NCBI GenBank assembly: GCA_038237145.1
Contig: JBBRZA010000002.1
Span: 7,202 to 71,201 of the forward strand
Direction: 5' to 3'
DNA length: 64,000 bases
From: Gaiellales bacterium
Lineage (GTDB): Bacteria; Actinomycetota; Thermoleophilia; Gaiellales; Gaiellaceae
Shown: piece by piece, positions 26,648 to 36,479 of the stretch
Position numbering within the stretch: the stretch's first letter is position 1
Layout: the number at the start of each line of letters is the position of its first letter
Position numbers and translations under genes: made by a program
The notes under the pieces: model-generated
Seen by the model: the letters and a program-made list of their open reading frames with translations, nothing else
Databases searched by the model: none
What the model was told of the DNA's origin: nothing

Positions 26648-28091
26648 GTGCCGCCTCCGCGAGCTTCAGCCGGAATCGCGGTCCTCGCGTGCGTCGTCTG
26701 CGCAGCTGCGGGCTTGGCCCCGCTCGGGCGAAGCTGCCCGGCCACTGACCACACGGTGTTCGATCCCGGACTCATCGGACCTGACGCTCCTGCCGTCCTG
26801 ATGCGTAGTCGCGGAGCCGGAGCGACGGCCGTGCGCATCACGTTGAGCTGGCGGGCCGTCTCGCCGGACCGCCCTCTCGACCCGACGGATCCGAGCGATC
26901 CTGCATATCGCTGGGCGCGTACGACCGTGCCATCCAGTTCGCCACCGAGAAAGGCTTGACGCCGATCGTCTCGGTGGTCGCCGCTCCGGACTGGGCAGAG
27001 GGAGGCGGCTCGTCCCGCCCGGACGGAAGCGTCAGTCCGAACGCGGTCGAATATGGCCGCTTCGCAACCGCCGCAGCCCGGCGTTACAGCGGCACGCTCA
27101 CGGGCCTGCCCCGGGTCCGTTACTGGCAAGCGTGGAACGAGCCGAACATCACGCAGTTCCTCAATCCGCAATACGAGAACGGCCGTCCCTACTCGCCGTC
27201 TCTCTACCGATCGATCGTCAACGAGTTCTCGAGCGGAGTGAAGTCGGCCGCGCGAGACAATCTCGTGATTGCAGGAGGCACGGCGCCGTTCCGGGACACC
27301 GCACCCGCCGTCGTGAGGATCGACCCGAAGTGGGGCCGCTCGCTTTCATGCGCGAGTTGCTGTGCCTCTGTCCTTCGCTCGCACCCAAGTGCAGCGAGAA
27401 GATCCGATTCGACATCTGGGCCCATCACCCGTACCCGTCGGGCGGGCCGACACATCACGCAGTCCTTCGAAACGACGTCTCGCTGGGCGACCTGCCGGAG
27501 ATGAAACGCGTACTGAACGCCGGAGTCCGGACAGGCAACATCCAGTCGGACCGACCGATGCAATTCTGGGTGACGGAGTTCAGTTGGGATTCGAGCCGGC
27601 CGGATCCCAAAGGCGTCCCGGTCAATCTGGAGGCCCGCTGGGTCGCCGAGGCGCTCTACCGGATGTGGAGCTCGGGGGTCAGCTTCGTCACCTGGTTCCT
27701 CTTGCGCGACGAGCCGCCCGCGACAAGCTACTTCCAGTCGGGACTCCTCTTTCGAGGCAAGAACGTGAGCACGGCCAGGCCCAAGCCGGCCTTCACCGCC
27801 TTCCGCTTTCCGCTGGTCGGACTGCCGTCCCACGGCGGCTTCCTCGTGTGGGGCCGAACTCCGGCCGGAAAGCCGGGAAGGGTGCTCGTCGAACAGAGCT
27901 TCCACGGCGGCTGGACTCGACTTGGCATCTTGCGCACCAACGGCTTCGGGATCTTCCAGAAGAGCTTCGGCCGACCCGCCACGGGCTTCGTCCGTGCACG
28001 GCTGCTCGGCCCGAGGGACCGTGCGCGACCGTTCGGGCTCAAGCCCGTGCCGGACCGCTTCTTCAACCCGTTTGGCACGCCGCCCCGTTAG
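26648..28091 (+). pseudogene. paralog of the 24497-25621 GH-A hydrolase, split over three reading frames by two 1-nt frameshifts
   Basis: Track ORFs 26648-26959, 26956-27504 and 27132-28091 each align to consecutive parts of the intact paralog. Matches: DPSDPAYRW to DPADPAYDW; AYDRAIQFATEKGLTPIVSVVAAPDWAEGGG to [31 protein letters not shown]; YWQAWNEPN; PLAFMREL...WAHHPY; FWVTEFSW. Frame changes occur at about 26912-26917 (cgcTGGGcgcg) and about 27331-27336 (aagTGGGGcc). Confidence 0.65.
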
Positions 28092-28143
28092 CCGGCGTCG
28101 CCTCGGCACGTCGCGTATCCGACGAGCCGACGAAACTACGCAA

Positions 28144-28902
28144 GTGCACGAACGACCGGACGACTGGGACCGGCATTGGGCCGAGTACGCAGCGGCCAAC
28201 GCGCAGAACCCGGCGCAGGCGTACCGCCGGCACCTGATCCTCGAGTTGCTGAGCTCGCTCGACGGGAGCAGCGAGCAGCGAGTACTCGACGTCGGGTCCG
28301 GGACGGGAGCCATGGCGACAGAGCTGCGGCGCAGGTTTCCCCACGCGGCCATCGTGGGCATCGAGCTGAGCCGCGAAGGCGTCGAGCGGGCACGCATCGC
28401 CGTCCCCAGCGCGACCTTCGTGCAGCGTGACCTGCTCAACGACTCGGAGGTCGAGCCCAGGCTGCGCGGCTGGGCGACGGCAGCGGTGTGCTCGGAGGTA
28501 TTGGAGCACGTCGATGAGCCGCAGCGCCTGCTGCGCGGCGTCGTGCCGTACCTCGAGCCGGGGTGCCGGCTGGTCGTGACCGTGCCGGGCGGTCCGATGT
28601 CTGCGTTCGACCGCAGCATCGGACACCGGCGCCACTTCACGCCCGACTCGCTCTCGCAGGTGCTGCGGGAGTCCGGCTTTCGAGTGGAACGCGCCCAACG
28701 CGCGGGCTTTCCCTTCTTCAACCTCTACCGGCTCGTCGTCATCGCACGAGGGAGGAAACTGACGCGTGACATCGGCAGCGGAAGCGCGACGGCAAGCACA
28801 GCGATGTCCGCGTTCGGCCACCTGTTCCAGCTCAACCTCGACCGCTCGCCGTTCGGATGGCAGATCGTTGCAACCGCGACTCTGCCAGAGCGAGGAGAGT
28901 GA
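28144..28902 (+). CDS. class I SAM-dependent methyltransferase
   Basis: Start GTG 28144 (VHERPDDWDRHWAEY). VLDVGSGTGAM motif I, SEVLEHVDEP, CRLVVTVPG. Confidence 0.75.
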   Translation: MHERPDDWDRHWAEYAAANAQNPAQAYRRHLILELLSSLDGSSEQRVLDVGSGTGAMATELRRRFPHAAIVGIELSREGVERARIAVPSATFVQRDLLNDSEVEPRLRGWATAAVCSEVLEHVDEPQRLLRGVVPYLEPGCRLVVTVPGGPMSAFDRSIGHRRHFTPDSLSQVLRESGFRVERAQRAGFPFFNLYRLVVIARGRKLTRDIGSGSATASTAMSAFGHLFQLNLDRSPFGWQIVATATLPERGE

Positions 28903-31688
28903 CAGTCCAGCCCCTCCCGCGTCTGCGCCCGACTCCTGGGGTTCGCGCAGCGCTGCTCGTCGCCTCGGCCGCGGTTTCCGCAGCGCTGGCTGGCCTCGTG
29001 TGGTCGCAACTCCCTGGGCGACTGAATGTCCACACCGACATCGTCGGGTATCCGATAGCCGGCGACTTCAACATCGAGCGCTACTTCTGGGCCTACGGCC
29101 TTGTCGCAGGTCTCTTCCCTTTCCTGACGCTTGCTCTCTACGTCATCGCGCGCCGAACAATCGCTCGCGGCCCGGCGAAGCCACTCGGGGTAATCGCGCT
29201 ACTCGACAAGCGCGCGCCAGCGGCGAGCGGAGACCGCGTCAGCCTCGCGGTCAGCGCCGGAAGCATCATCCTCGTAGGGATCGTTCTGGGCTTCGAGATC
29301 GCGATCGGTGGAGGTTGGCAGGACTTCGGCGGAATCGTCCTCGCCGTCACCGCGACTGCCTACGGCCTCTCCGTCGCCATAGGTGCCGCTGCCGCTACGG
29401 CGGGTCCGCTGCGTGGCCGCGAGCTCGACACAGTTCTCGCCGGCGTGAACGCTCTCCTTGCGACGTTGACCGTGCTCGGTCTGGCATGGGTCTCGTCAGG
29501 GACAAAGGTCACCGTCAGCTCGGACGGGACGGTGCATCACTATCCGTGGTTTCCATGGTGGCTTGGCGGGCTGCTCACGGCCGCCCTGCTCGCACTCGTC
29601 GCTCGCGCACTGCGAGGGTCGGTTCCGGCCAAGCGGGTCGAGCGCCGCCTCCTGCTCCTGATCGTCGTTCCGATGCTGCTCTTTCTCTTCCTCGCCGTGC
29701 TCCCGGGAGGAGCCGGCGACATGGACAGCTTCCACGAGGGTGAGCAGCTCGGCGCCGCGCACCTCACCGCGGCTGGACGTTTCCCGTGGCGCGACCTGCT
29801 CTTCATCCATGGACCCCTCGGCGACGTGCTTCAGCCCTTACTGAGCATGCACGTCTTCGGCGACACGCGCTGGGGCAACCTCGCAGGAGAGGCAGTGCTG
29901 GCCAAACCAGCCGCGGTGGTCGCGCTCTTCCTGCTCTGCGCCTACCTCTTCCGCGACAACTGGCTCTTCCTCGTCGGCACGCAGGTCGCGATTCTGACCG
30001 GTTGGGTTTTCACGTTCCAAGTCCAGAGCACCCGCCTCCTGTTCGTGCCTGTCGTACTCCTTCTGCTTGCGGCGCTCCTGCGACGGCCGACCTGGCCGAG
30101 GGGAATCGCATTTGCGACTCTCCTACTGACACAGGCGGTGCTTACGCCCGAAGGCAGTTACATGGTGCCCGCGTTTCTCGCCACCGTCGTGCTCTACGAG
30201 CTCGTACACCGTCAAGGCTTCGCACGTACGATTCGCTGCGCGGTAACGACAGCCATCCTCGGCGCCGGCTGGATCGTTTTCTTGGCCTCACAGCATGCGC
30301 TGGACGACTTCGTCTTTTACTACCGCACGTTCGCTCCGGGTCACGAGCTCACGGGCGGCCTCACGGTCGCGCTAGGCGAGGGCCAGACTCCCACGGCGTT
30401 CGGTGGGCATCTGTACTACGTCTTCGCGGCCGGGGCTCCGGTCGTGCTGGTGCTCCTCGCGATCTGGTATTTCGCCGCGCGGGCGCCGGATGCGCGGGCA
30501 ATCCCGGTGGACGACTGGGTAATGGGCTCGACAGCAGTCTTCGTGGGCTTCTTCTACGTCAAGTTCATCAGCCGCACCGATCACGTGTACCAACCGTTCG
30601 AGGCGGCTCTTCCCGTGCTCTTCTACGCGATCTACCGCGTCGTCTCTGCAGCGGAAGCATGGTTGGCGTCGCGCCGACCGTCCAAGCCACTGCCGCGCCA
30701 CACCGTGACGCTTCCGCTCCTGGTCGTGCTATTGCTCGGAGCTCCGACGAGCCTCCTGGCCCTCACCCGAGGAGTGCCATCGCATCTGGCCGCCTTCGCG
30801 CCCAGCGATCCACCCGTGGCCCGCGTCGGATACGTCCTGAATCGCGAGCCGCTCTTTCGCTCGGTCACTCCGGCGCCGGCCAAATCGGTCGGGCCGAATC
30901 TCGTCCACGACCTGCGCGCGGTCATGCGCGCCTACGTTCTTCCCGGCGAGCGCATCTTCGACTTCAGCAACAACCCGGGCCTCTTCTGGTACGTCCTGAG
31001 GCTCGATCCGGCAACGCGCTACTACCACGTCAGCATGGCGATTCGGCAGGAAACACAGCACGATCTCATCCGCGAGCTGCGAAAGGAGCAGCCCACGATC
31101 GTCGTCTTCGGGAGCGACTGGCTCGGACTTCCCGCGTGGGACGGGATCGCGAACGAGGTGCGCCACTATGACGTCAGCCGATACCTGCTCGACCACTACC
31201 GCCCGCTCCTGCACTCGCACGGGTTCCTCGTCTTCGCGCGCAACGACGTCTCCGTGCCGCCCGTCTCCAACCTTACGAGCAAGCTCGACGAACCGGCACA
31301 GACGACGAATCTCTATTTCCGCACGTTCCCCTGCGACTGGGGCTACTCGCCCGACTTCCTGACCATTCACCCGCAGTCGGACTCGGGCGCCGTGACGCTG
31401 CGGCCTGAGCATGGTGTCCTGCAGGTGCCTACAGGCCTTGCCGCGCACTTCGGCTGGCTCGAGGTCCAAGGGACATCGACGTTCAACCAGACCAGCTTCG
31501 AGCTCTCGGATCGCCGGGCTGCGAACTCGGACGAGCGTCGCACGATCCGCTTCAGGACGCGCGGCGGCACCGATACGGTGCGCGTCCAGGTCGGGTCGTG
31601 CAGCCAGTGGCACGGCTACCGCGGCCGCACGCTCTACCTCCGCGCGGATCCGCACCAGCCGATCCGCGCCGTGCGATTGCTGCGCTGA
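28899..31688 (+). CDS. large (about 929 aa) polytopic membrane protein of unknown function with a roughly 330-aa C-terminal soluble domain (candidate GT-C-type transferase/polymerase)
   Basis: GTG 28899 is in a GTGA overlap with the methyltransferase stop. There are more than 12 hydrophobic helices through about aa 600, then a hydrophilic domain (YYHVSMAIRQETQHDLIRELRKEQPTIVVFGSDW...). I recognise no family signature. Confidence 0.7.
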   Translation: MTVQPLPRLRPTPGVRAALLVASAAVSAALAGLVWSQLPGRLNVHTDIVGYPIAGDFNIERYFWAYGLVAGLFPFLTLALYVIARRTIARGPAKPLGVIALLDKRAPAASGDRVSLAVSAGSIILVGIVLGFEIAIGGGWQDFGGIVLAVTATAYGLSVAIGAAAATAGPLRGRELDTVLAGVNALLATLTVLGLAWVSSGTKVTVSSDGTVHHYPWFPWWLGGLLTAALLALVARALRGSVPAKRVERRLLLLIVVPMLLFLFLAVLPGGAGDMDSFHEGEQLGAAHLTAAGRFPWRDLLFIHGPLGDVLQPLLSMHVFGDTRWGNLAGEAVLAKPAAVVALFLLCAYLFRDNWLFLVGTQVAILTGWVFTFQVQSTRLLFVPVVLLLLAALLRRPTWPRGIAFATLLLTQAVLTPEGSYMVPAFLATVVLYELVHRQGFARTIRCAVTTAILGAGWIVFLASQHALDDFVFYYRTFAPGHELTGGLTVALGEGQTPTAFGGHLYYVFAAGAPVVLVLLAIWYFAARAPDARAIPVDDWVMGSTAVFVGFFYVKFISRTDHVYQPFEAALPVLFYAIYRVVSAAEAWLASRRPSKPLPRHTVTLPLLVVLLLGAPTSLLALTRGVPSHLAAFAPSDPPVARVGYVLNREPLFRSVTPAPAKSVGPNLVHDLRAVMRAYVLPGERIFDFSNNPGLFWYVLRLDPATRYYHVSMAIRQETQHDLIRELRKEQPTIVVFGSDWLGLPAWDGIANEVRHYDVSRYLLDHYRPLLHSHGFLVFARNDVSVPPVSNLTSKLDEPAQTTNLYFRTFPCDWGYSPDFLTIHPQSDSGAVTLRPEHGVLQVPTGLAAHFGWLEVQGTSTFNQTSFELSDRRAANSDERRTIRFRTRGGTDTVRVQVGSCSQWHGYRGRTLYLRADPHQPIRAVRLLR

Positions 31689-31689
31689 G

Positions 31690-32436
31690 CTACTTGCGGG
31701 CCGACAGGGTCGGTGTCGGCAGTGAGTAGTTCGCCGCCCGGGCGTCGTCGTGGAACATGCGGACCGTGTCGAGCGAGACTCCTTCGAGGTCGCGACCGAG
31801 CCACGGCAGCTTTGCGAGCAGCTGTTGCGTGACGGTGATCACATGACACCCGACCGCATCGGCGTGAAGGATGTTCAGGATCTCGCGCGGGCTTGCCCAG
31901 ATCAACTGCAGCTGCGGGTGCGCGCTGAGCACTCCCACAGCCTCCGCCATGATCGGGCTCGGATCTCGTCCGGTGTCGGCGATCCGCCCAGCGAAGACTG
32001 ACACGAAGCCGGCGGTGCAACCACTCAGCGCGGCTGCGATTTCCTCAACCTGGCGCACCGTGGTCAGCGCGGTGACGTTCAACCGAACGCCCTCGGCCAC
32101 CAGATGACGAACGACGTCGGCGGCAGACTCGCCGCGTGTGTTGGTTACGGGGACCTTCACGAAGACGTTCTGTCCCCACTGCGAAATGGTGCGCGCCTGC
32201 TGTTCCATCTCGCCGAAGTCATCGGAGAAGACCTCCAGCGAGATCGGCAGTTCGGGAACGAGCTCGACGATGTCACGCGCGAAGGCCTCGTAGTCTTCGA
32301 CGCCGGCCGCGCGCATCAGAGTCGGGTTCGTCGTGAAGCCGGAAACGACGGGATTGGTCGCCAGTTCCGCGATCGCGTTGCGATCGGCGCCGTCGGCGAA
32401 GATCTTCACGCGCAGGCGCTGGACCATCTCATTCAT
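31690..32436 (-). CDS. tal: transaldolase-family protein (short Tal/FSA type)
   Basis: Start ATG 32436 in an ATGA overlap with the gmhB stop. KIFADGAD...SGFTTNPTL, VFVKVPVT (Schiff-base Lys region), NVTALTT, SVFAGRIAD. Confidence 0.8.
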   Translation of the reverse strand: MNEMVQRLRVKIFADGADRNAIAELATNPVVSGFTTNPTLMRAAGVEDYEAFARDIVELVPELPISLEVFSDDFGEMEQQARTISQWGQNVFVKVPVTNTRGESAADVVRHLVAEGVRLNVTALTTVRQVEEIAAALSGCTAGFVSVFAGRIADTGRDPSPIMAEAVGVLSAHPQLQLIWASPREILNILHADAVGCHVITVTQQLLAKLPWLGRDLEGVSLDTVRMFHDDARAANYSLPTPTLSARK

Positions 32437-32984
32437 TGCGTCCCCGGTCCCCTGGTCGTCAGACGCAGAATCCACTCCGCCGCCTCCTCGAGATTCCTCA
32501 CTGTTGCATCGGGCTCGGACGCGATGGTCTCAGCGTAGCCCCGATCCACGAAGATCGCACGACACCCCGCGCGGTGCGCCGCCTCGACATCCCGCCAGCG
32601 GTCACCGACGAGAAAGCTGGTGGCGAGGTCGACCCTCCAGCGTTCCGCGGCGGCCAGCAGCAGGCCCGGTTGCGGCTTGCGGCAATCGCAGCCGTCGGCG
32701 TCGTCGTGAAGGCAGGCCGCGATCTCGTCCAGGGGCAGGCGCTCCTGCAACTCGGCGTGCATCTCTTCCACGGCCTCGGCGGTGAGAGTGCCACGCGCGA
32801 CGTCGGGCTGGTTCGTGACCACGATCAAGAAGAAGCCTGCTGCACGCAGCCGCTCGCACGCCCGCGCGACGCCCGGCAGGATTTGCAACTCCGCGAGGCT
32901 CCGCGCCGACTGCGGGACACCCTCGCGAACAGTCGAGTCCACGAGCACGCCGTCCCGGTCGAGGAAGACGGCGGAGCGGCTCAC
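32433..32984 (-). CDS. gmhB: D-glycero-D-manno-heptose 1,7-bisphosphate phosphatase (HAD-IIIA)
   Basis: GTG 32984 in a GTGA overlap. AVFLDRDGVL (DxDG nucleophile motif), VVTNQPDVARG, CDCRKPQPGLL, LVGDRWRDVEAA. Confidence 0.8.
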   Translation of the reverse strand: MSRSAVFLDRDGVLVDSTVREGVPQSARSLAELQILPGVARACERLRAAGFFLIVVTNQPDVARGTLTAEAVEEMHAELQERLPLDEIAACLHDDADGCDCRKPQPGLLLAAAERWRVDLATSFLVGDRWRDVEAAHRAGCRAIFVDRGYAETIASEPDATVRNLEEAAEWILRLTTRGPGTQ

Positions 32985-33958
32985 CGCGACTGCTGCCGCG
33001 TCTCCGCGACGAGCGCTTCGAGCGACTCGCGCAGCGCCTCGCGTGACGAACGCGTGCAACGCCAGCCGAGACCGTTGATCTTGTCGACCTGCAGGCGCAC
33101 GACCGGTACGTCTCCCCGCCAGCCGCGGTCGCCGCCGGTGAACTCGTACTCGACGGCATCCGGGCTGAGCCCGACTGCTTCGACCGCCAGGTCGGCGATC
33201 TCCGCAACGGTGATCTCGTCGCCGGTCGCGACGTTGTAGACGTCGTAGTCGCCGGGGCTCTCGCGATGCGCGAGCAGCACCGCCCCGATGACGTCGTGCA
33301 CGTGGATGTACGACTTGCGCTGCGAGCCGTCGCCGAGGATGCGCAGCCGGCTCGCATCCGCGAGGAGTGCGCGCGTAAAATCGAACCCGACGCCGTGCGT
33401 CTGGCGCGGGCCGACGACGTTGCCGAACCGAAACGACCGGCCGGTGAGCCCGAACATCGCGCAATACGCGGAGATGAGCGTTTCGCCGGCGAGCTTGCTC
33501 GAGCCGTAGGTCGAGATCGGCAACAGCGGGCCCCAGTCCTCGTCGATCGCGGTCTCGCCGAGGTCGCCGTAGACGCCGCTGCCGGAGGCGTAGAGGATAC
33601 GCGGCGTTTCGGTTACGCGCATCGCCTCGACCACGTTCTGCGTCAGCACCGTTCCCTGATCGAAGTCGATGGTCGGCTCGACCGCGGCGCGCGCGATGTC
33701 CGGATTCGAAGCGAGGTGCACGACGACGTCGTGCCCCCGCATGGCGTCGTTCAGCTTCTCGACGTCGACAACGTCCGCCCGGTGCACGGTCAGACGCTCG
33801 TCACCGTTGTGATGTGCGAGATGCCAGTCTCGTCCCGACGAGAAGTTGTCGTAGACCGTAACCCCCATGGCGCTCTCGTCGCCCAGCAAGCGGTCGACAA
33901 AATGGCTGCCGAGGAAGCCTGCGCCGCCGACGATGAACCAGCGCTCGCCGGCGCTCAT
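32981..33958 (-). CDS. NAD-dependent NDP-sugar epimerase/dehydratase (extended SDR)
   Basis: ATG 33958 in an ATGA overlap with the gmhA stop. [21 protein letters not shown] (YxxxK), RFGNVVGPRQ, ILGDGSQRKSYIHVHD. Confidence 0.8.
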   Translation of the reverse strand: MSAGERWFIVGGAGFLGSHFVDRLLGDESAMGVTVYDNFSSGRDWHLAHHNGDERLTVHRADVVDVEKLNDAMRGHDVVVHLASNPDIARAAVEPTIDFDQGTVLTQNVVEAMRVTETPRILYASGSGVYGDLGETAIDEDWGPLLPISTYGSSKLAGETLISAYCAMFGLTGRSFRFGNVVGPRQTHGVGFDFTRALLADASRLRILGDGSQRKSYIHVHDVIGAVLLAHRESPGDYDVYNVATGDEITVAEIADLAVEAVGLSPDAVEYEFTGGDRGWRGDVPVVRLQVDKINGLGWRCTRSSREALRESLEALVAETRQQSR

Positions 33959-34551
33959 CCCCGCGACTCCCACACGGGTGCGCTCTGCTGCAGCGCCGGA
34001 TGGGAGACGAGGAGGTGACAGATCACGGAGGCGAGTCCCTCGGTGTGCGGCGTGACGTGCTCCGGCACGAGCGGCGGGATCACCACGCAGGCGTGGGCAA
34101 TCTCCCGCGCGTAGCCACCGTCACGGCCGACGATCGCGAAGATCCGCGCGCCCACTTGACGAGCATGGTCCATCGCTGCGACGAGATTTGCGGAGAGGTT
34201 CCTCGCGACGCTGCCACCGCCGACGGAGAGGGCGAGGACGGCGTCACCGGAGCCGAGCCGCGAGCCGCGCAGCCACTCCACGTAGGCAGTGTCCCACCCG
34301 TCGTCGTTGACACGCGCGGTGAGCTCGGAGACGTTGTCGGTCGGCGCATACGTCTCGAAGCCGCAGAGCTTGCGGAAGTCGTTGACGGCATGACCGGCGT
34401 GCGCGGCCGAGCCCCCGACTCCGAGCACGAACAGCCTGCCGCCGGCGTCGCGCACGTCCGCGAGGCCGGCGGCGAGGCGCTCGATCGAGTCTGGATCGAG
34501 CTGACTTACGATCCGGCCGGTTTCCTCGAGATAGCTCTCGGAGAAGCTCAC
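33955..34551 (-). CDS. gmhA: sedoheptulose-7-phosphate isomerase (SIS domain)
   Basis: GTG 34551 in a GTGA overlap. LFVLGVGGSAAHAGHAVNDFRK, AYVEWL, DAVLALSVGGGS, IFAIVGRDGG, TPHTEGLASVICHLL. Confidence 0.8.
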   Translation of the reverse strand: MSFSESYLEETGRIVSQLDPDSIERLAAGLADVRDAGGRLFVLGVGGSAAHAGHAVNDFRKLCGFETYAPTDNVSELTARVNDDGWDTAYVEWLRGSRLGSGDAVLALSVGGGSVARNLSANLVAAMDHARQVGARIFAIVGRDGGYAREIAHACVVIPPLVPEHVTPHTEGLASVICHLLVSHPALQQSAPVWESRG

Positions 34552-35186
34552 GTCGGCATCCTGCAGGCCGCGAAGGTGTTGAGGCCGAACTTGTGCTTGT
34601 AGCACTCGATCTCGTGAAGCCTGAAGCCCGCCTGCGTGAGCAGCGGCAGGAGGTCACGAGGGTCGTAGTAGGTCTTGTGATCCCTGATCTCCTCGGCTGG
34701 GCTGAGGCCAAGCCGGAAGGCCGAGAACTCCAGGAACCGCTTGCCGCGCCACGATGGGACGTTGACGAGGCAGACGGCGCCGGGCGCAGCGACACGGCGC
34801 AGCTCGCGCAGCAGCGAGACCGGATCCCAGAGGTGCTCGAGCACGGAGATACACAGCACGACGTCCAGCGAGTCCTCCTCGACGCCTCCGACCGCTTCGG
34901 GCAGGGTGCCCTCGATCACAGTGACCCTTGGATCGGCTTTCAGATCCGGCGAAAGGGCGACGTCGACGAGCGTCGCGTGACTGACCTCATCGAGGACCGA
35001 GCGGACAAATCGCGCTTCGAACCCGCAGCCGAAGTCACCGAGCCGCAGGCCGGCGAAGTGCGTGACGTGCTTACGCAACGCGCGCGCCGAGAGCCAGACG
35101 CCGAACCGATCCACCGGCGTCAAAGGCCGATGCTGTCCGTATGCGCCTGTGCGTCCCGATGCTTCAGCGCTTGACGGCGAAGCCAT
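34548..35186 (-). CDS. class I SAM-dependent methyltransferase
   Basis: ATG 35186 lies 7 nt after the upstream stop. LGDFGCGFEA motif I, LDVVLCISVLEHLWDP, VCLVNVPS. Confidence 0.7.
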   Translation of the reverse strand: MASPSSAEASGRTGAYGQHRPLTPVDRFGVWLSARALRKHVTHFAGLRLGDFGCGFEARFVRSVLDEVSHATLVDVALSPDLKADPRVTVIEGTLPEAVGGVEEDSLDVVLCISVLEHLWDPVSLLRELRRVAAPGAVCLVNVPSWRGKRFLEFSAFRLGLSPAEEIRDHKTYYDPRDLLPLLTQAGFRLHEIECYKHKFGLNTFAACRMPT

Positions 35187-35193
35187 TGCCGGG

Positions 35194-36459
35194 CTACCCG
35201 CCGCCCACAACTGGCCGGCGTCGGGTCGTCGCGACGACAGCGCCGTGGAGCAGCAACGTGAAGACGAACAACTGAGCACCCAATAGGGCCAGGGCGACAC
35301 CGGTCAGCGCAAGGTGATTCGAAAGCGTGTCCGTCTGCTCGAGCTTGAAGCTGTTGCCGATGTATGTAGCAATCAGCGGAATCGCGAGCGCGATGCCCGC
35401 AACGACGAGCGCGAACGCGCTCAGCACGGTGCGGGTGTACGGGAAGATCCGCAGCCAACGCCGCTTCTCGCGACCGGTGTAGTCGAACAGCACGCGCGCG
35501 ATGCAGCCGAGGAAGAAAGCCTGAGCGCCGGCCGCCAACAGCGCGACGCCGAGAAGCTGCCAGTTGAGCGAAAGGCCGAGCCCGCCGAGCTGGACGTTCC
35601 CGAAGCTCAGCGGCACGGTCAGCAGCAGCCCGAGAATCATCAGCACGAGGCCCGGTTTGTAGACAAAGAACCCGGAGCCGTACACGAACATCGCGCGCAG
35701 GTTGATCCAGGCCGCCTTCCACGGCGACAGCCAGCCTGAGCGCCTGTGATGGCTCAACCGGCCCTCGCGGTCCTTCAGGAACCGCACCGGCACCTCCGTG
35801 GTCCGCAACTCCATCTGCACCGACTTGAGCGTCATCTCGGATGCGTACTCCCACGACTCGGAATGCAGGTCCATGCGCTCGAGAGCGTCGCGGGTGATCC
35901 CGCGCATGCCGCAATGGATGTCCGAGAAGCGGCTGCCGAAGACCCGGTTCAGGATCCAGGTCGTCACGGGAGTACCGAGATAGCGATGCAGGGCCGGCAT
36001 CGAGCCGGGCTCGATCGACCCGCGCCAGCGGGAGCCCATCACGAACTCGTAGCCGTCGTGGAAGCGCTCCACGAACGGTGCGAGCAGGCGGAAGTCATAG
36101 GTGCAGTCGGCGTCGCCCATCACGACGTAGCGTCCTCGCACGAAAGGCAGGGCATCGATGTATGCCCGGCCCAGCCCGCGCTTCGGCGTCTTCAGCACTC
36201 TCGCTCCGCGCTCCAGCGCGATCTCGGCCGTGCGGTCGCCCGAGCTGTCGACGATCAGGACCTCCCCCGCAACGCCCGCCTGCTCGAGGCCCTGCTTGCA
36301 CCAGTCGACGAACTCGCCGACCGTCAGCTCCTCGTTGAGCGCGGGAATGACGATCGAGAGCTGCGGATCGGCCACGTCCTCCTGCGGGACGAGTAGCCTG
36401 ACGTCGCCGCCCTCGGCCGGATTCGGGGCCGTTACGATCTGCTGCTCCAGCCGCGCCAC
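35194..36459 (-). CDS. GT2 glycosyltransferase with C-terminal 4-TM domain (polyprenyl-phosphate sugar synthase-like; paralog of 60277-61449)
   Basis: LSIVIPALNEELTVG, LIVDSSGDRT, VVMGDADCTYD, MGSRWRG, DIHCGMRGI, then hydrophobic helices. Confidence 0.85.
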   Translation of the reverse strand: MARLEQQIVTAPNPAEGGDVRLLVPQEDVADPQLSIVIPALNEELTVGEFVDWCKQGLEQAGVAGEVLIVDSSGDRTAEIALERGARVLKTPKRGLGRAYIDALPFVRGRYVVMGDADCTYDFRLLAPFVERFHDGYEFVMGSRWRGSIEPGSMPALHRYLGTPVTTWILNRVFGSRFSDIHCGMRGITRDALERMDLHSESWEYASEMTLKSVQMELRTTEVPVRFLKDREGRLSHHRRSGWLSPWKAAWINLRAMFVYGSGFFVYKPGLVLMILGLLLTVPLSFGNVQLGGLGLSLNWQLLGVALLAAGAQAFFLGCIARVLFDYTGREKRRWLRIFPYTRTVLSAFALVVAGIALAIPLIATYIGNSFKLEQTDTLSNHLALTGVALALLGAQLFVFTLLLHGAVVATTRRRPVVGGG

Positions 36460-36479
36460 GGCGGACAGTTAACCAGTCC

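Noticed and set aside
26905-27340. Programmed ribosomal frameshifting as the explanation for the split hydrolase paralog
   Set aside because: I saw no slippery heptamer or downstream stimulatory structure. Two independent shifts in one gene, both at G-runs, are more simply explained by mutation or homopolymer sequencing error. It is kept as a pseudogene/error finding instead.
36462-36478. Imperfect palindrome GGACAGTTAACCAGTCC in the 20-bp spacer between the GT2 gene (36459) and hddA (36480)
   Set aside because: Only 6 of 8 arm positions pair, and no clean TANNNT hexamer lies at the leaderless distance for either gene. This is too weak to call as an operator or promoter.
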